In this document: positions 28,197 through 40,038 of the stretch, piece after piece
How positions within the stretch are numbered: the first letter of the stretch is position 1
How the letters are laid out: the number at the start of each line of letters is the position of its first letter
Assembly: GCA_963796685.1 (NCBI GenBank)
Contig: CAWCMR010000025.1
Coordinates: 1,024,001 to 1,088,000 of the forward strand
Length of the DNA stretch: 64,000 bases
From: an uncultured delta proteobacterium
Lineage (GTDB): Bacteria > Myxococcota_A > Polyangia > Fen-1088
Reading direction: 5' to 3'
Translations under genes and position numbers: made by a program
The notes under the pieces: model-generated
Databases searched by the model: none
Told to the model about the DNA's origin: nothing
The model's input: only the letters and a program-made list of their open reading frames with translations

Positions 28197-30756
28197 ATGA
28201 CCGACGAGAACCCGCGGCCCAGGCCGCTCGCCCCCCCGGCCGTGCCGACAAGCGGCGACCAGAATCTTCGAGCGTTTCCTCGACTACGTGGCAGGGCTTG
28301 GGTTGTCGCTCTATCCCGCGCAGGAGGAAGCCCTGTTCGAGATCCTGGCCGGCAAGCACGTGGTGCTGGCCACCCCCACGGGCTCGGGCAAGTCGCTGGT
28401 GGCCACCGCGTTCCTGTACAAGGCCCTGTGCGAGGGCAAGACCGGGTTCTACAGCTGCCCGGTCAAGGCGCTGGTGAACGAAAAGTTCTTCGACCTATGC
28501 AACGCCTTCGGCCCCGAGCACGTGGGGCTTGTCACCGGCGACGCCTCGGTGAACAGCGACGCCCCCATCCTGGTCGGCACCGCCGAGATCCTGTCGAACA
28601 TGGCCTTGCGCCGCTCGCGCGGCATTCCCGCCGACTTCGTGGTCATGGACGAGTTCCACTACTACGGCGACCGCGAGCGTGGCATCGCCTGGCAGATCCC
28701 CTTGTGCGTGCTCGAGCGGGCCACGTTCCTGCTGATGTCGGCGACCCTCGGCGACACCACGGCCATCGAGAAGAAGCTGGCCGCGCGCACCGGCCGCGAG
28801 GTGGCCAGCGTGCGCGGCGCCATCCGCCCGGTGCCGCTCGACTTCGAGTACCGCGAAACGCCACTGCACGAGACCATCGCCGAGCTGATCAAGCTTGGTC
28901 GCGCGCCCATCTACCTGGTGAGCTTCACCCAACGCGCCGCCGCCGAGGAAGTCCAGAACCTGATGTCCGTCGAGGTCCTTGGCAAGCCCGACAAGGAAGC
29001 CATCAAGAAGGCCCTGACCGGCGAGCGCTTCGACAGCCCCTACGGCAAGGAATTGCAACGCTTCTTGCGCCACGGGATCGGCCTGCACCACGCCGGGCTT
29101 CTGCCCCGTTACCGCCGCATCGTCGAGCGCCTGAGCCAGCAGGGCTTGCTGAAGGTCATCAGCGGCACCGACACGTTGGGCGTGGGCGTGAACATTCCCA
29201 TTCGCACGGTCTTGTTCTCGCAGCTTTGCAAGTACGACGGGCAGAAGGACGCCATCCTGGGCGTGCGCGAGTTCAAACAGATCGCGGGCCGCGCGGGGCG
29301 CAAGGGCTTCGACGATCGCGGCTGGGTGGTGGCGCAGGCCCCCGCCCACATCGTCGAGAACCTGCGCCTCAAGGCCAAGGCGGCGGGCGGCAAGAAAGTT
29401 CACATGCAGAAGCCGCCACAGAAGGGCTACGTGCACTTCGACCGCGGCACCTTCGAGCGCCTAATGAATGGGACGCCCGAGCCGCTGGAATCGCGCTTCG
29501 CCGTCAGCCACGGCCTTCTGCTCGGGCTGCTCCAGGGCGAAAACGGCGATCCCTCGCGCGGCGCCGGCTATCGCAAGCTGCTCGAGCTCATCGCCGCGTG
29601 CCATGACAGCGACGTCTTGAAACGTCGGCACCGCCGAACCGCCGCCGCCTGCTTCCGCGTTCTGCGCAAGGCCGGCCTGGTCGATGTGGTGGTCGACGAA
29701 TTCGCGGCCTGTCCGCACCCGGTGCCGAGCCCGAGCCTGCAGGACGACTTCTCGTTACACCACACGCTGTCGCTGTACCTGGTCGACACGCTGGCGCTGC
29801 TCGATCCGACGTCCGAAAGCTACGCCCTCGATGTGCTCTCGCTGGTCGAGGCGATTCTGGAGAATCCACGGCCCGTCCTGTTCGCCCAGCTCGACAAGCT
29901 GAAGGGCGAAACCATCGAGGCGCTCAAGGCGCAGGGCATGGAATACGAGCCGCGCATGGAAGAGCTGGACAAGCTCGAATGGCCCAAGCCCAATCGCGAT
30001 TTCATCTACGACACCTTCAACGCGTTTTCGGACAAGCACCCCTGGGTGGGCGAGGAGAACATCGCGCCCAAGTCGGTGGCGCGCGAAATCCTGGAGCGCT
30101 TCTGCAGCTTCCACGACTACGTCCGCGACCTGGGCTTGCAACGCTTCGAGGGCGTGCTGCTGCGCTACTTATCCGAGGCCTACCGGGCCTTGAGCAAGTC
30201 GGTGCCCGTGCACTTCCGCAGCGAGGCCGTCGAGGAGCTGGTGGCAAGCCTGGGCGCCCTGGTGCGCACCGTGGACTCGAGCCTGCTCGAGGAATGGGAA
30301 GAAATGCGCGCCCCGTCGGTCCAGGCCGGCGCGCTCCCGCCGGTGCTCGAAGCAAAGAAGCCGCGCGACCCGGCGGCCGATCCGCGCGCCTTCACCGCCC
30401 GCGTCCGGGCCGAGCTACACCGTCTGCTCGGCGCGCTCGCCCGCCGCGACCTCGACGAAGCCCGCGCCGCCCTCCGCGACGACGAGACGTCCACGTGGAC
30501 CAGCGAGCGCCTGGCCGCCGAGATCGCGCCCTACTTCGACGAGCACAAGCAGATCGTCGTCACGCCGCTGGCGCGCAGCCCGCGCAACACCACGCTGGCA
30601 GAGGTCGCCCCGCGCGTCTGGGAGGCGCAGCAGACCATCGTCGATCCCGAAGGCGACGAGGACTTTGCCATTCACGCGCGCGTCGATCTGAGCGAGCCGT
30701 TTCTGCCCGGCCAGGAAAACGCGCCCCTCATCGAGCTGGTGCGCATCGGACGGTAA
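28197..30756 (+). CDS. Ski2-like DEAD/DEAH helicase with DUF3516 (frameshift near 28263)
   Basis: 'TPTGSGKS', 'MDEFHYY', 'LMSAT', 'QIAGRAGRKG', 'LLRYLSEAY'; N-terminus MTDENP..SGDQ joins IFERFLDY if one A is removed. Confidence 0.9.
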
Positions 30757-31154
30757 AGGCACCTCCCCTCACCCTGTCCCTCTCCCCGGCTGCCGCCGGG
30801 GCGAGGGGACCTGCCTGTTGGCTCCTCTCTCGATCAGGGTCTTTGCGAGCTCGTCCGCCTGCACCCCTCGCCCACCCGTCCTCCTCGGGTCCCCTCGCCC
30901 CGCGCAGCGGGGAGAGGGACAGGGTGAGGGGCTTTCCCCCCCTTGCCCACCCGTCCTCCTTGGATCCCCATCGCCCACCCGTCGTCCTCGGGTCCCCTCG
31001 CCCCGCGCAGCGGGGAGAGGGACCGGGCGAGGGGTTTCCCCCCCTCGCCCACCCGTCCTCCTTGGATCACCCTCGCCCACCCGTCGTCCTCGGGTCCCCT
31101 CGCCCCGCGCAGCGGGGAGAGGGACAGGGTGAGCATCTGTGTTCCTAGTCAAGG

Positions 31155-32994
<1,840 letters not shown>

Positions 32995-33089
32995 GACGAC
33001 CTTCAGTCTAGCCCGAAATCGCAACACAAGACGAATCGGGCCATCGCACACCCTGCGGCACCCTGGTTTCTGCTAGATTTGCGTGTGCA

Positions 33090-33680
33090 ATGGCATCCAC
33101 GCGGCCTCAGGCACGGGCAGCGACCTATGAAGATCTCTGTCGGCTCCCGGAGAACGTCATCGGCGAGATTGTCGACGGCGACCTGGTGGTCTCACCGCGT
33201 CCGGCACCCCGCCACGCCATCGCGACCTCGTACCTTGCCGGCGAGCTGACCGGCCCCTACGGCCGCGGTCGCGGCGGCCCCGGCGGTTGGCTGATTCTCT
33301 TCGGGCCCGAATTGCACCTTGGCGGCCATGTGTTGGTCCCGGACCTGGCCGGGTGGCTGCGCGAACGCATGCCCACCGCGCCCGAGACCGCGTGGTTCGC
33401 CGTACGACCGAACTGGGTTTGCGAGGTGCTGTCGCCCTCGACGGCCATCTTGGACCGCACGCGCAAGCAGGACATCTACCGCGAACAAGAAGTACCGTGG
33501 CAGTGGTTCGTGGATCCAAGCTCCCGCACCATCGAGGTGCTCAAGCTCACGGGCAAGGATCTGGTCGTGGCCGGCACCTTCGGCGGCGACGGAGAGATGC
33601 GCATCCCGCCCTTCAACGCCGTGGCCATCGACGTCGGCGCCCTGTGGGACAGTCCCGTATCGCGAGCCGAGAATCCGTGA
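33090..33680 (+). CDS. Uma2 (DUF820) family endonuclease
   Basis: 'ATYEDL..LPE...EIVDG.L..SPRP..RH', 'LVPDLAGW', 'PNWVCEVLSPST..DR..K..IY'. Confidence 0.9.
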   Translation: MASTRPQARAATYEDLCRLPENVIGEIVDGDLVVSPRPAPRHAIATSYLAGELTGPYGRGRGGPGGWLILFGPELHLGGHVLVPDLAGWLRERMPTAPETAWFAVRPNWVCEVLSPSTAILDRTRKQDIYREQEVPWQWFVDPSSRTIEVLKLTGKDLVVAGTFGGDGEMRIPPFNAVAIDVGALWDSPVSRAENP

Positions 33681-34435
33681 AGCTCATCTCCTGGAACGTC
33701 AACGGTCTGCGCTCGATCTTGCGCAAGGGATTTCTCGACTACCTCGACAAGGAAAAGCCCGACATCCTGTGCCTGCAGGAGATCAAGTGTCGCCCCGAGG
33801 ACGTGGAGAAGACCATGCCCGCGGGCTACACCGTGTACTTTCATCCCGCCAAGAAGCCCGGGTACGCCGGCACGGCCATCTTGTGCAAGGAGCCCCCGCT
33901 GGCCGTCGCGCCCCACGCGGAGGTCGTGAGCAAGAACCCCGACAACGAAGGTCGCGTCCTGACCGCCGAGCTCGACGACTTCTTCGTGGTCAACGTGTAC
34001 GTCCCCAATTCCAAGCGCGACCTCAGCCGACTCGACTTTCGCCAGGAATGGGATCGCGGTTTCCTCAAGTACCTCAAGCGGCTCGAGAAGAAGAAGCCCG
34101 TCATCTTCTGCGGCGACCTCAACGTGGCCCACACCGAGATCGATCTGGCCAATCCCAAGGCCAACACCAAGAACCACGGCTTCACGCCCGAGGAGCGCCG
34201 AGGCTTCGATGCCTTGGTGAAGGCCGACCTCGTCGACACCTTCCGCGTATTCGAGAAAGCCGGCGGTCACTACACCTGGTGGAGCCCCATGGGCTCTGCC
34301 CGCGCGCGCAACATCGGCTGGCGCCTCGACTACTTCCTGATCAGCGCCGCGCTCCGCCCCCGTCTCGCCAAGGCGTTCATCCGCCCCGCGGTGCGCGGCT
34401 CGGACCACTGCCCGGTGGGCATCGAGATCGAGTGA
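33677..34435 (+). CDS. xth: Exodeoxyribonuclease III / AP endonuclease
   Basis: 'SWNVNGLR', 'LQEIK', 'GDLNVAH', 'YTWWS', 'GWRLDYF', 'GSDHCP'; GTG overlaps the Uma2 stop. Confidence 0.95.
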   Translation: MKLISWNVNGLRSILRKGFLDYLDKEKPDILCLQEIKCRPEDVEKTMPAGYTVYFHPAKKPGYAGTAILCKEPPLAVAPHAEVVSKNPDNEGRVLTAELDDFFVVNVYVPNSKRDLSRLDFRQEWDRGFLKYLKRLEKKKPVIFCGDLNVAHTEIDLANPKANTKNHGFTPEERRGFDALVKADLVDTFRVFEKAGGHYTWWSPMGSARARNIGWRLDYFLISAALRPRLAKAFIRPAVRGSDHCPVGIEIE

Positions 34436-34564
34436 AGCCTGGCCAAACGCCCGCGCTCGTGCCTTGCCGAGCAAACAGCCCGACACGCCGACATGCCGAC
34501 CCGAACGACGCGATGCCCGTTGCCTCGACACGCGAGGCCAGCTCGGGTATGCTTTTCGCCCTTC

Positions 34565-35200
34565 ATGCGTGAGCTCTCGCGGATCCAAGGCGTCATCGTG
34601 CGCCACGCTCGTCGTGGCTTGCCGGCGCTTGTCTTGTTTGCCGCTACCTTGGGGTGTGCCAGCAGGCCCCCGCCGCCCAGTGGTTCCATCCAGGCCGTGG
34701 AGCTTGCCCCGGAGGAGCGGTTGGGTATCGACGACGTGTTCGAGGTGCGCGTGCTCGGCGAGCAGGATCTCTCCGGCCCCTACCGCATCGCCGCCGACGG
34801 CACCATCGACTATCCCTTCATCGGCCGCATCGCAGTCATCGGCATGCGTAGCGGCGACGTGCAAGAGCTCATCGCCTCCAAGCTGGCCGACGGCTACCTC
34901 AAGAAGCCGCAAGTCTCGGTGATGGTCAAAGAGTGGAACAGCCGCAAGGTATCGGTGATCGGCCAAGTGCAGAAGCCTGGCTCGGTGACCTATTTCACCA
35001 ACATGACCATCGTGGACGCCATCGCCGCCGCGGGCGGCTTCACCGGCATCGCCTCGAAGAACTCGGTGACCTTGCGTCGCGAAATCAAGGGCTCCGTGCA
35101 GAGCAAGAACTACCCCGTGGCCGACATCAGCGAGGGCCGCGCCCCCAACGTGGTGCTGCGCCCCGGCGACATCCTGGTCGTCGAAGAGCGGCTGTTCTAG
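34565..35200 (+). CDS. Short polysaccharide export (OPX/Wza-like) lipoprotein
   Basis: Lipobox 'TLGC'; Poly_export 'DGTIDYPFIG..GYLKKPQV' plus one SLBB 'AIAAAGGF'; ends 'LRPGDILVVEERLF'. Confidence 0.85.
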   Translation: MRELSRIQGVIVRHARRGLPALVLFAATLGCASRPPPPSGSIQAVELAPEERLGIDDVFEVRVLGEQDLSGPYRIAADGTIDYPFIGRIAVIGMRSGDVQELIASKLADGYLKKPQVSVMVKEWNSRKVSVIGQVQKPGSVTYFTNMTIVDAIAAAGGFTGIASKNSVTLRREIKGSVQSKNYPVADISEGRAPNVVLRPGDILVVEERLF

Positions 35201-35605
35201 CGCACCGGTTCCCCGAGGATCAGCCGAAGCATTTCCAAGACTCCGTCGGTGTTCTCGAATAGAATCGCGGTTGGTGAACCTGACGACGCGGACCCCGCGC
35301 GAGGCAAGGTATTCGGTCCTCCGCCGGTCGTAGGCCAGGCCTTCAAGGGTGAAGTGTTGGCCGCCGTCCAGCTCAACGGCCAGCCGCTGGTCCGTACAAT
35401 AGAAGTCGACAATGTACGGCCCGACCGGATGCTGGCGGCGGAACTTCAGACCGAAGAACTGTCGCCTGCGCAGCAAGCGCCACAAAAGTCGCTCGGCGTC
35501 GGTCGAGCATGCCCGAAGCGCGCGCCGGCGTGTCCGTGCTACGTCCATGACTGGATTCTCGGATGCAGCGGCGGCGGAGTTGCTTGTGATTGTCCCTCGC
35601 ATCAT
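35197..35605 (-). CDS. DUF559 (Vsr-like PD-(D/E)xK) endonuclease (frameshift near 35263)
   Basis: 'LR...TDAERLLWRLLR..QF.GLKFRRQHPVGPYIVDFYC....LAVELDGGQH....YD.RRT.YL...G.RVVRF.N'; expected tail LFENTDGVLE is one base out of frame; start may be 35548. Confidence 0.9.
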
Positions 35606-35660
35606 TGCGCCACCCTTGGTTTCCGGCTAGCGTCGGGAGCCCATGCTTGGCGCCACCGCG

Positions 35661-36879
35661 GCCCCTCACCCCAACCCTCTCCCCGCTGCGCGGGGCGAGG
35701 GGGTAGCTAGAGGTGGTCCCCTCCCCGCCGCCTCCTCCTTGGGTCCCCTCGCCCCGCGCAGCGGGGAGAGGGACAGGGTGAGAGGCAACTTCCCCCTCCC
35801 CCACCGCCTCCTCCTCGGGTCCCCTCGCCCCGCGCAGCGGGGAGAGGGACAGGGTGAGGGGCAACTTCCCCCTCCCCGCCGCCTCCTCCTTGGGTCCCCT
35901 CGCCCCGCGCAGCGGGGAGAGGGACAGGGTGAGGGGCAACTTCCCCCTCCCCGCCGCCTCCTCCTTGGGTCCCCTCGCCCCGCGCAGCGGGGAGAGGGAC
36001 AGGGTGAGGGGCAACTTCCCCTTCCCCACCGCCTCCTCCTTGGGTCCCCTCGCCCCGCGCAGCGGGGAGAGGGACAGGGTGAGGGGCAACTTCCCCTTCC
36101 CCACCGCCTCCTCCTCGGGTCCCCTCGCCCCGCGCAGCGGGGAGAGGGACAGGGTGAGGGGCAACTTCCCCCTCCCCACCGCCTCCTCCTCGGGTCCCCT
36201 CGCCCCGCGCAGCGGGGAGAGGGACAGGGTGAGGGGCAACTTCCCCCTCCCCACCGCCTCCTCCTTGGACAGGGTGAGGGGCAACTTCCCCCTCCCCGCC
36301 GCCTCCTCCTCGGGTCCCCTCGCCCCGCGCAGCGGGGAGAGGGACAGGGTGAGGGGCAACTTCCCCCTCCCCACCGCCTCCTCCTTGGGTCCCCTCGCCC
36401 CGCGCAGCGGGGAGAGGGACAGGGTGAGGGGCAACTTCCCCCTCCCCGCCGCCTCCTCCTTGGGTCCCCTCGCCCCGCGCAGCGGGGAGAGGGACAGGGT
36501 GAGGGGCAACTTCCCCCTCCCCGCCGCCTCCTCCTCGGGTCCCCTCGCCCCGCGCAGCGGGGAGAGGGACAGGGTGTGGGCAACTTCCCCCTCCCCCACC
36601 GCCTCCTCCTTGGGTCCCCTCGCCCCGCGCAGCGGGGAGAGGGACAGGGTGTGGGGCAACTTCCCCCTCCCCACCGCCTCCTCCTTGGGTCCCCTCGCCC
36701 CGCGCAGCGGGGAGAGGGACAGGGTGTGGGGCAACTTCCCCCTCCCCACCGCCTCCTCCTTGGGTCCCCTCGCCCCGCGCAGCGGGGAGAGGGACAGGGT
36801 GTGGGGCAACTTCCCCCTCCCCACCGCCTCCTCCTTGGGTCCCCTCGCCCCGCGCAGCGGGGAGAGGGACAGGGTGAGG
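35661..36879 (+). repeat. Inverted solo repeat plus tandem array of 75-bp units (15 complete, 1 lacking the hairpin)
   Basis: Unit GGGTCCCCTCGCCCCGCGCAGCGGGGAGAGGGACAGGGTGAGGGGCAACTTCCCCCTCCCCRCCGCCTCCTCCTY at 35741, 35817, 35892 ... 36837; opposite-orientation copy at 35661-35703. Confidence 0.95.
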
Positions 36880-36893
36880 AGCGACCTTTGAAC

Positions 36894-39431
36894 ATGCCCG
36901 CGGATCTCCCAGCCAGGGTGCCCCCTAAAAGGCGAGGCCGGGACCGCAGAAGGGACCGCGGCTCCCGCAGCGCCGCGCCCACCTTCGCGACCGCGGCCCT
37001 CCTCGGCATCCTGCTCGTCGGCGCCCCCCTCGCCCTCGGCGACGTTCACCGCCTGACCTTTCTCATCACACTCGTCGTCGCCGCGTTCCTCTCCCTTGCC
37101 ACCGCCTGGCTGGCCACCCGCTGCACCAGCAAGCTCGCCACCGTCGCGCTGGCCTTTCCTCTCTTCTTTCTCGTGGTGGCCGCCGCCCAAGTCATCCCCC
37201 TTCCCCCCGGGCTGCACGCGCTCCTCGACCCCAAGGGCTCGGCCCTGCTCGCCCTGGCCGGCCTCAAAGGAGCACAGCCGCTCAGCCTGGATCCCCCCGA
37301 AACCTACGCCGAGCTCGCCAAAGCCGCCGCGGCCTTCTGCGTGACCCTGGCCGCGCTGGTGCTTGCAAGCGGTCGTCGCCTCCACTTCGTCGCGCCGGGT
37401 TTGGTCGCCAGCGCCGGCCTTCTCGCCTTGGCCGTGGGACTCGGCCACCGCGCGGCTGCCGAGTCCATGATCTACGGCCACTTCCCAACCGGCGGCGGCC
37501 TTCCCGTCGGCCCCTTCATCAACCCCAACCACACCTCCGAATTCCTCGAGCTTCTCCGCCTTCGCCGCCCTGGCCTTCGCCTTCTCTCGCCCCAGCCGCG
37601 ACGGACAGCGCATCTGGAAGCTGCTCGCCGCGGTCCTGGCCGCCGGCGCGATCTCCACCTTGTCGCGTGGCTCCGTGCTGGCCCTGGGTGCCGGCGCCTT
37701 CGCCTGGTTCATGCTCGCCCCTCGATCGGACGAAGGCGAGCCCTTTCACCGCAGCAAATTCGTGGCCGTCCTGCTCGCCCTGGTGGTCGTGGTGGGCCTG
37801 ACCATCGGCCTCGGTGGCGACAAGATCATCGACGAGTTCCGCGGCACCGTCAGCGACAACCTATCCAAGTTCGCCCTGTCGAAAGACGCCTTGTCCATCG
37901 TGTCCGCCCATCCCGCCGGCATCGGCCTGGGCGCCTTCGCCCGCGTCTACCCCGTCTACCAAACCCTGCCGGCGACCGCCTGGTTCCAGTTCGTCGAAGA
38001 CCAACCCCTCGGCATCCTGATCGAAGCCGGCATCGCGGGCATGGCCGTTCTGCTCGGCCTATGGCTCTGGGTCGCGCGCAGGTTCTGGAAGCAGGCGCGC
38101 CGGGATCGGGTCGAAGCCTCGCTGGTGGCCGGCATGGTCGCCGTGCTCGCCCACAACATCGTCGACTTCGGGCTCGAAACCGCGGGCGTGCTGCTGCCCT
38201 TCTGCGCCCTGCTCGGCACCGTCTTCGGCAGGCAAGCCGGCGGCGCCGACGACATGGCTGCCCGCAACCGACGCCCCACCTTCTTCGCCATCGTCGGACT
38301 TTTCTCCGCCCTCGCCGGCATCCTCTTGCTGCGCAACCCTGCCGCGCGCGACTTCGACGCGCGGCTCAAGCCACCCCTGACCGCGGCCAGCCGCGCCCTC
38401 GCCCACGCCGCCTCCCTCGCCCACCCGACGGACTACGCCTATGCGCTCGCCGAGGCGCGGCTCGAGCCGAAGGCTCCACCGCCGCCAGCACCCAGACCCG
38501 CCTGCGCATGCTCAACCGGGCCATGCTGCTGTGTCCCCGCTGCGTGGGCGCGCACGAGGAAGCCGCCCGTGCGCTGTGGGGCCTCGGCCGCCGAAAGCAG
38601 TCCTTGCTGGAATGGAAAACCGTGGTCACCGAGTCGCGCCCAAGCCTGGGCCCTGTCCTCGACGGCCTCCTCGCCAGCGGCGCCAAGCCCGACGAGCTGG
38701 CCACCCTGGCCGACAACGAGAATCGATTCGCCGTCAGCCGCTACCTGCTCGCGCACGGAGCAATCGAAGCCGCCAAGAGCACCCTGAGCCAAACCCCGAA
38801 CGAAGGGGCCGAGCTGTACCTCGTCAAGGCGCAGATCGCCCTTGCCGCCAAGGACACCCAGGGGGCGCGCAAGGCCATCGAGCGTGCCCAGACCATCGAG
38901 CCGCGCGGCGCACGCGTGGCGCTGATGGCCGCGGACATCGCGCTGCTCGATCCGGAGCGCACCGACGAGGCCATGACCATCCTGCGGGCGGGCCTTCGCT
39001 TCGCGCCCACCGACGTGGAGCTGAATCGCAGGGTGCTTGCCCTGCTCATGCAGACCGACAAGTGGCAGGCCATCGATCAGGCCCTGGCCGGATTCCGCGC
39101 GGCGCTGGCCGAGGCCGGCGCACCTAGCACCGACGCGAACCTTGCCGCCGCGCGCATCTTCGAGCAGCGCGGTCAGTTCCGTCGCGCCATGTCCGAATAC
39201 CAGGCCGCCCTGGCGCAGCTTCCCGACAACATCGGCATTCGACTGGCGCTGGCCCACGACGCCGAGGAAATCGGTGGCATCACCTCGGCCGTCGACGCGT
39301 ACGACGAAGTCCTGCGGCGCGATCCGACGAATCAGCAAGCCCGCGCCGCGCTGGCCAGAATCCAGGTCGACAAGAAGCAGCTTGAAGTCGACAGCATCCT
39401 GCACGCGCACACCGGCCAGGACAACAAGTAG
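36894..39431 (+). CDS. O-antigen ligase/polymerase (Wzy_C)-family membrane protein with C-terminal TPRs (compensating frameshifts near 37553 and 38472)
   Basis: 'GPFINPNH', 'LSRGS', 'HPAGIGLGAFARVYP', 'LAHNIVDFGLE'; TPR-like helices; middle third is read in a shifted frame. Confidence 0.8.
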   Translation: MPADLPARVPPKRRGRDRRRDRGSRSAAPTFATAALLGILLVGAPLALGDVHRLTFLITLVVAAFLSLATAWLATRCTSKLATVALAFPLFFLVVAAAQVIPLPPGLHALLDPKGSALLALAGLKGAQPLSLDPPETYAELAKAAAAFCVTLAALVLASGRRLHFVAPGLVASAGLLALAVGLGHRAAAESMIYGHFPTGGGLPVGPFINPNHTSEFLELLRLRRPGLRLLSPQPRRTAHLEAARRGPGRRRDLHLVAWLRAGPGCRRLRLVHARPSIGRRRALSPQQIRGRPARPGGRGGPDHRPRWRQDHRRVPRHRQRQPIQVRPVERRLVHRVRPSRRHRPGRLRPRLPRLPNPAGDRLVPVRRRPTPRHPDRSRHRGHGRSARPMALGRAQVLEAGAPGSGRSLAGGRHGRRARPQHRRLRARNRGRAAALLRPARHRLRQASRRRRRHGCPQPTPHLLRHRRTFLRPRRHPLAAQPCRARLRRAAQATPDRGQPRPRPRRLPRPPDGLRLCARRGAARAEGSTAASTQTRLRMLNRAMLLCPRCVGAHEEAARALWGLGRRKQSLLEWKTVVTESRPSLGPVLDGLLASGAKPDELATLADNENRFAVSRYLLAHGAIEAAKSTLSQTPNEGAELYLVKAQIALAAKDTQGARKAIERAQTIEPRGARVALMAADIALLDPERTDEAMTILRAGLRFAPTDVELNRRVLALLMQTDKWQAIDQALAGFRAALAEAGAPSTDANLAAARIFEQRGQFRRAMSEYQAALAQLPDNIGIRLALAHDAEEIGGITSAVDAYDEVLRRDPTNQQARAALARIQVDKKQLEVDSILHAHTGQDNK

Positions 39432-39481
39432 CCGGCCGATCGGCGCGACGTCATTCGATTCCTGCCCGGCGCCCGCGGTTC

Positions 39482-39529
39482 GGTCCCCTCGCCCCGGCGG
39501 CAGCCGGGGAGAGGGACAGGGTGAGGGGC
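39482..39529 (+). repeat. BoxC/PIT-like palindromic repeat
   Basis: GGTCCCCTCGCCCCGGCGGCAGCCGGGGAGAGGGACAGGGTGAGGGGC. Confidence 0.85.
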
Positions 39530-39569
39530 TCGATGTGAAACATGTTATCGCCCATGGTACCCTTGCCCC

Positions 39570-39824
39570 ATGACCTCGATGACGGTGCGTGACATACGAC
39601 TGCACTGGCCCAAGGCCGAGAAGGCTCTGGCTGAGGGCGAGGAGATCCTCATCACCCGCGATTCCAAGCCGGTGGCTCGACTGCTGCCCCTGGTGCCGGG
39701 CGCGGGACAGAAGCGGCAACGATTCGACCCCATCGCCCACGCGCGACGAATGCAACGATTCTGGAAGAACCGGCCCTCCCAGCCCTCGACCGATGTGCTC
39801 CTGGCCAAGGACCGCGAGCAGTAG
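39570..39824 (+). CDS. Phd/YefM-family antitoxin (copy 1)
   Basis: 'MTVRDIR.......GEEILITRDSKPVARLLP'; nearly identical to 44178-44432. Confidence 0.85.
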   Translation: MTSMTVRDIRLHWPKAEKALAEGEEILITRDSKPVARLLPLVPGAGQKRQRFDPIAHARRMQRFWKNRPSQPSTDVLLAKDREQ

Positions 39825-39836
39825 GACGCCGAGGAA

Positions 39837-40038
39837 ATGGATCTGTACCTCGACACGAGCTGTCTTCTGAAGCTGTTCTTTCCCGAGCCCGAGAGCACCA
39901 CCGTGGCCTCGCAAGTCGCCGCAGAAGAGCATGTCGTCGTTTCCACGTTGCCTGGGCCTGCGGCGTCTGCTCACCAACGACGAGATCCAAGGCCTGGCGG
40001 CGAAAGCCCGCGGTTTCGAGGTACTACTGCCTCGTTGA
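39837..40038 (+). pseudogene. PIN/VapC toxin, internally deleted copy of 44445-44879
   Basis: Matches copy 2 up to CCACGTTG (39950), then jumps to CCTGGGCCTGCGG, omitting roughly 230 bp. Confidence 0.85.

Noticed and set aside
33287-33676. Extended N-terminus of ExoIII
   Set aside because: It overlaps Uma2 out of frame; ExoIII begins at 'VKLISWNVNG' (33677)
35717-36879. CRISPR array interpretation of the 75-bp (and 102-bp) periodic repeats
   Set aside because: The spacers are near-identical rather than unique, there are no cas genes, and the core also occurs as dispersed solo copies
35373-37712. Long repeat-encoded ORFs (779, 447 and 345 aa, and the N-terminal part of the 1262-aa ORF)
   Set aside because: They are translations of the GC-rich DNA repeat in several frames; the real gene starts near 36894
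37540-38480. Programmed or phase-variable frameshifting in the Wzy_C-like gene
   Set aside because: No slippery heptamer or long homopolymer; similar indels affect unrelated genes, so sequencing error is more parsimonious
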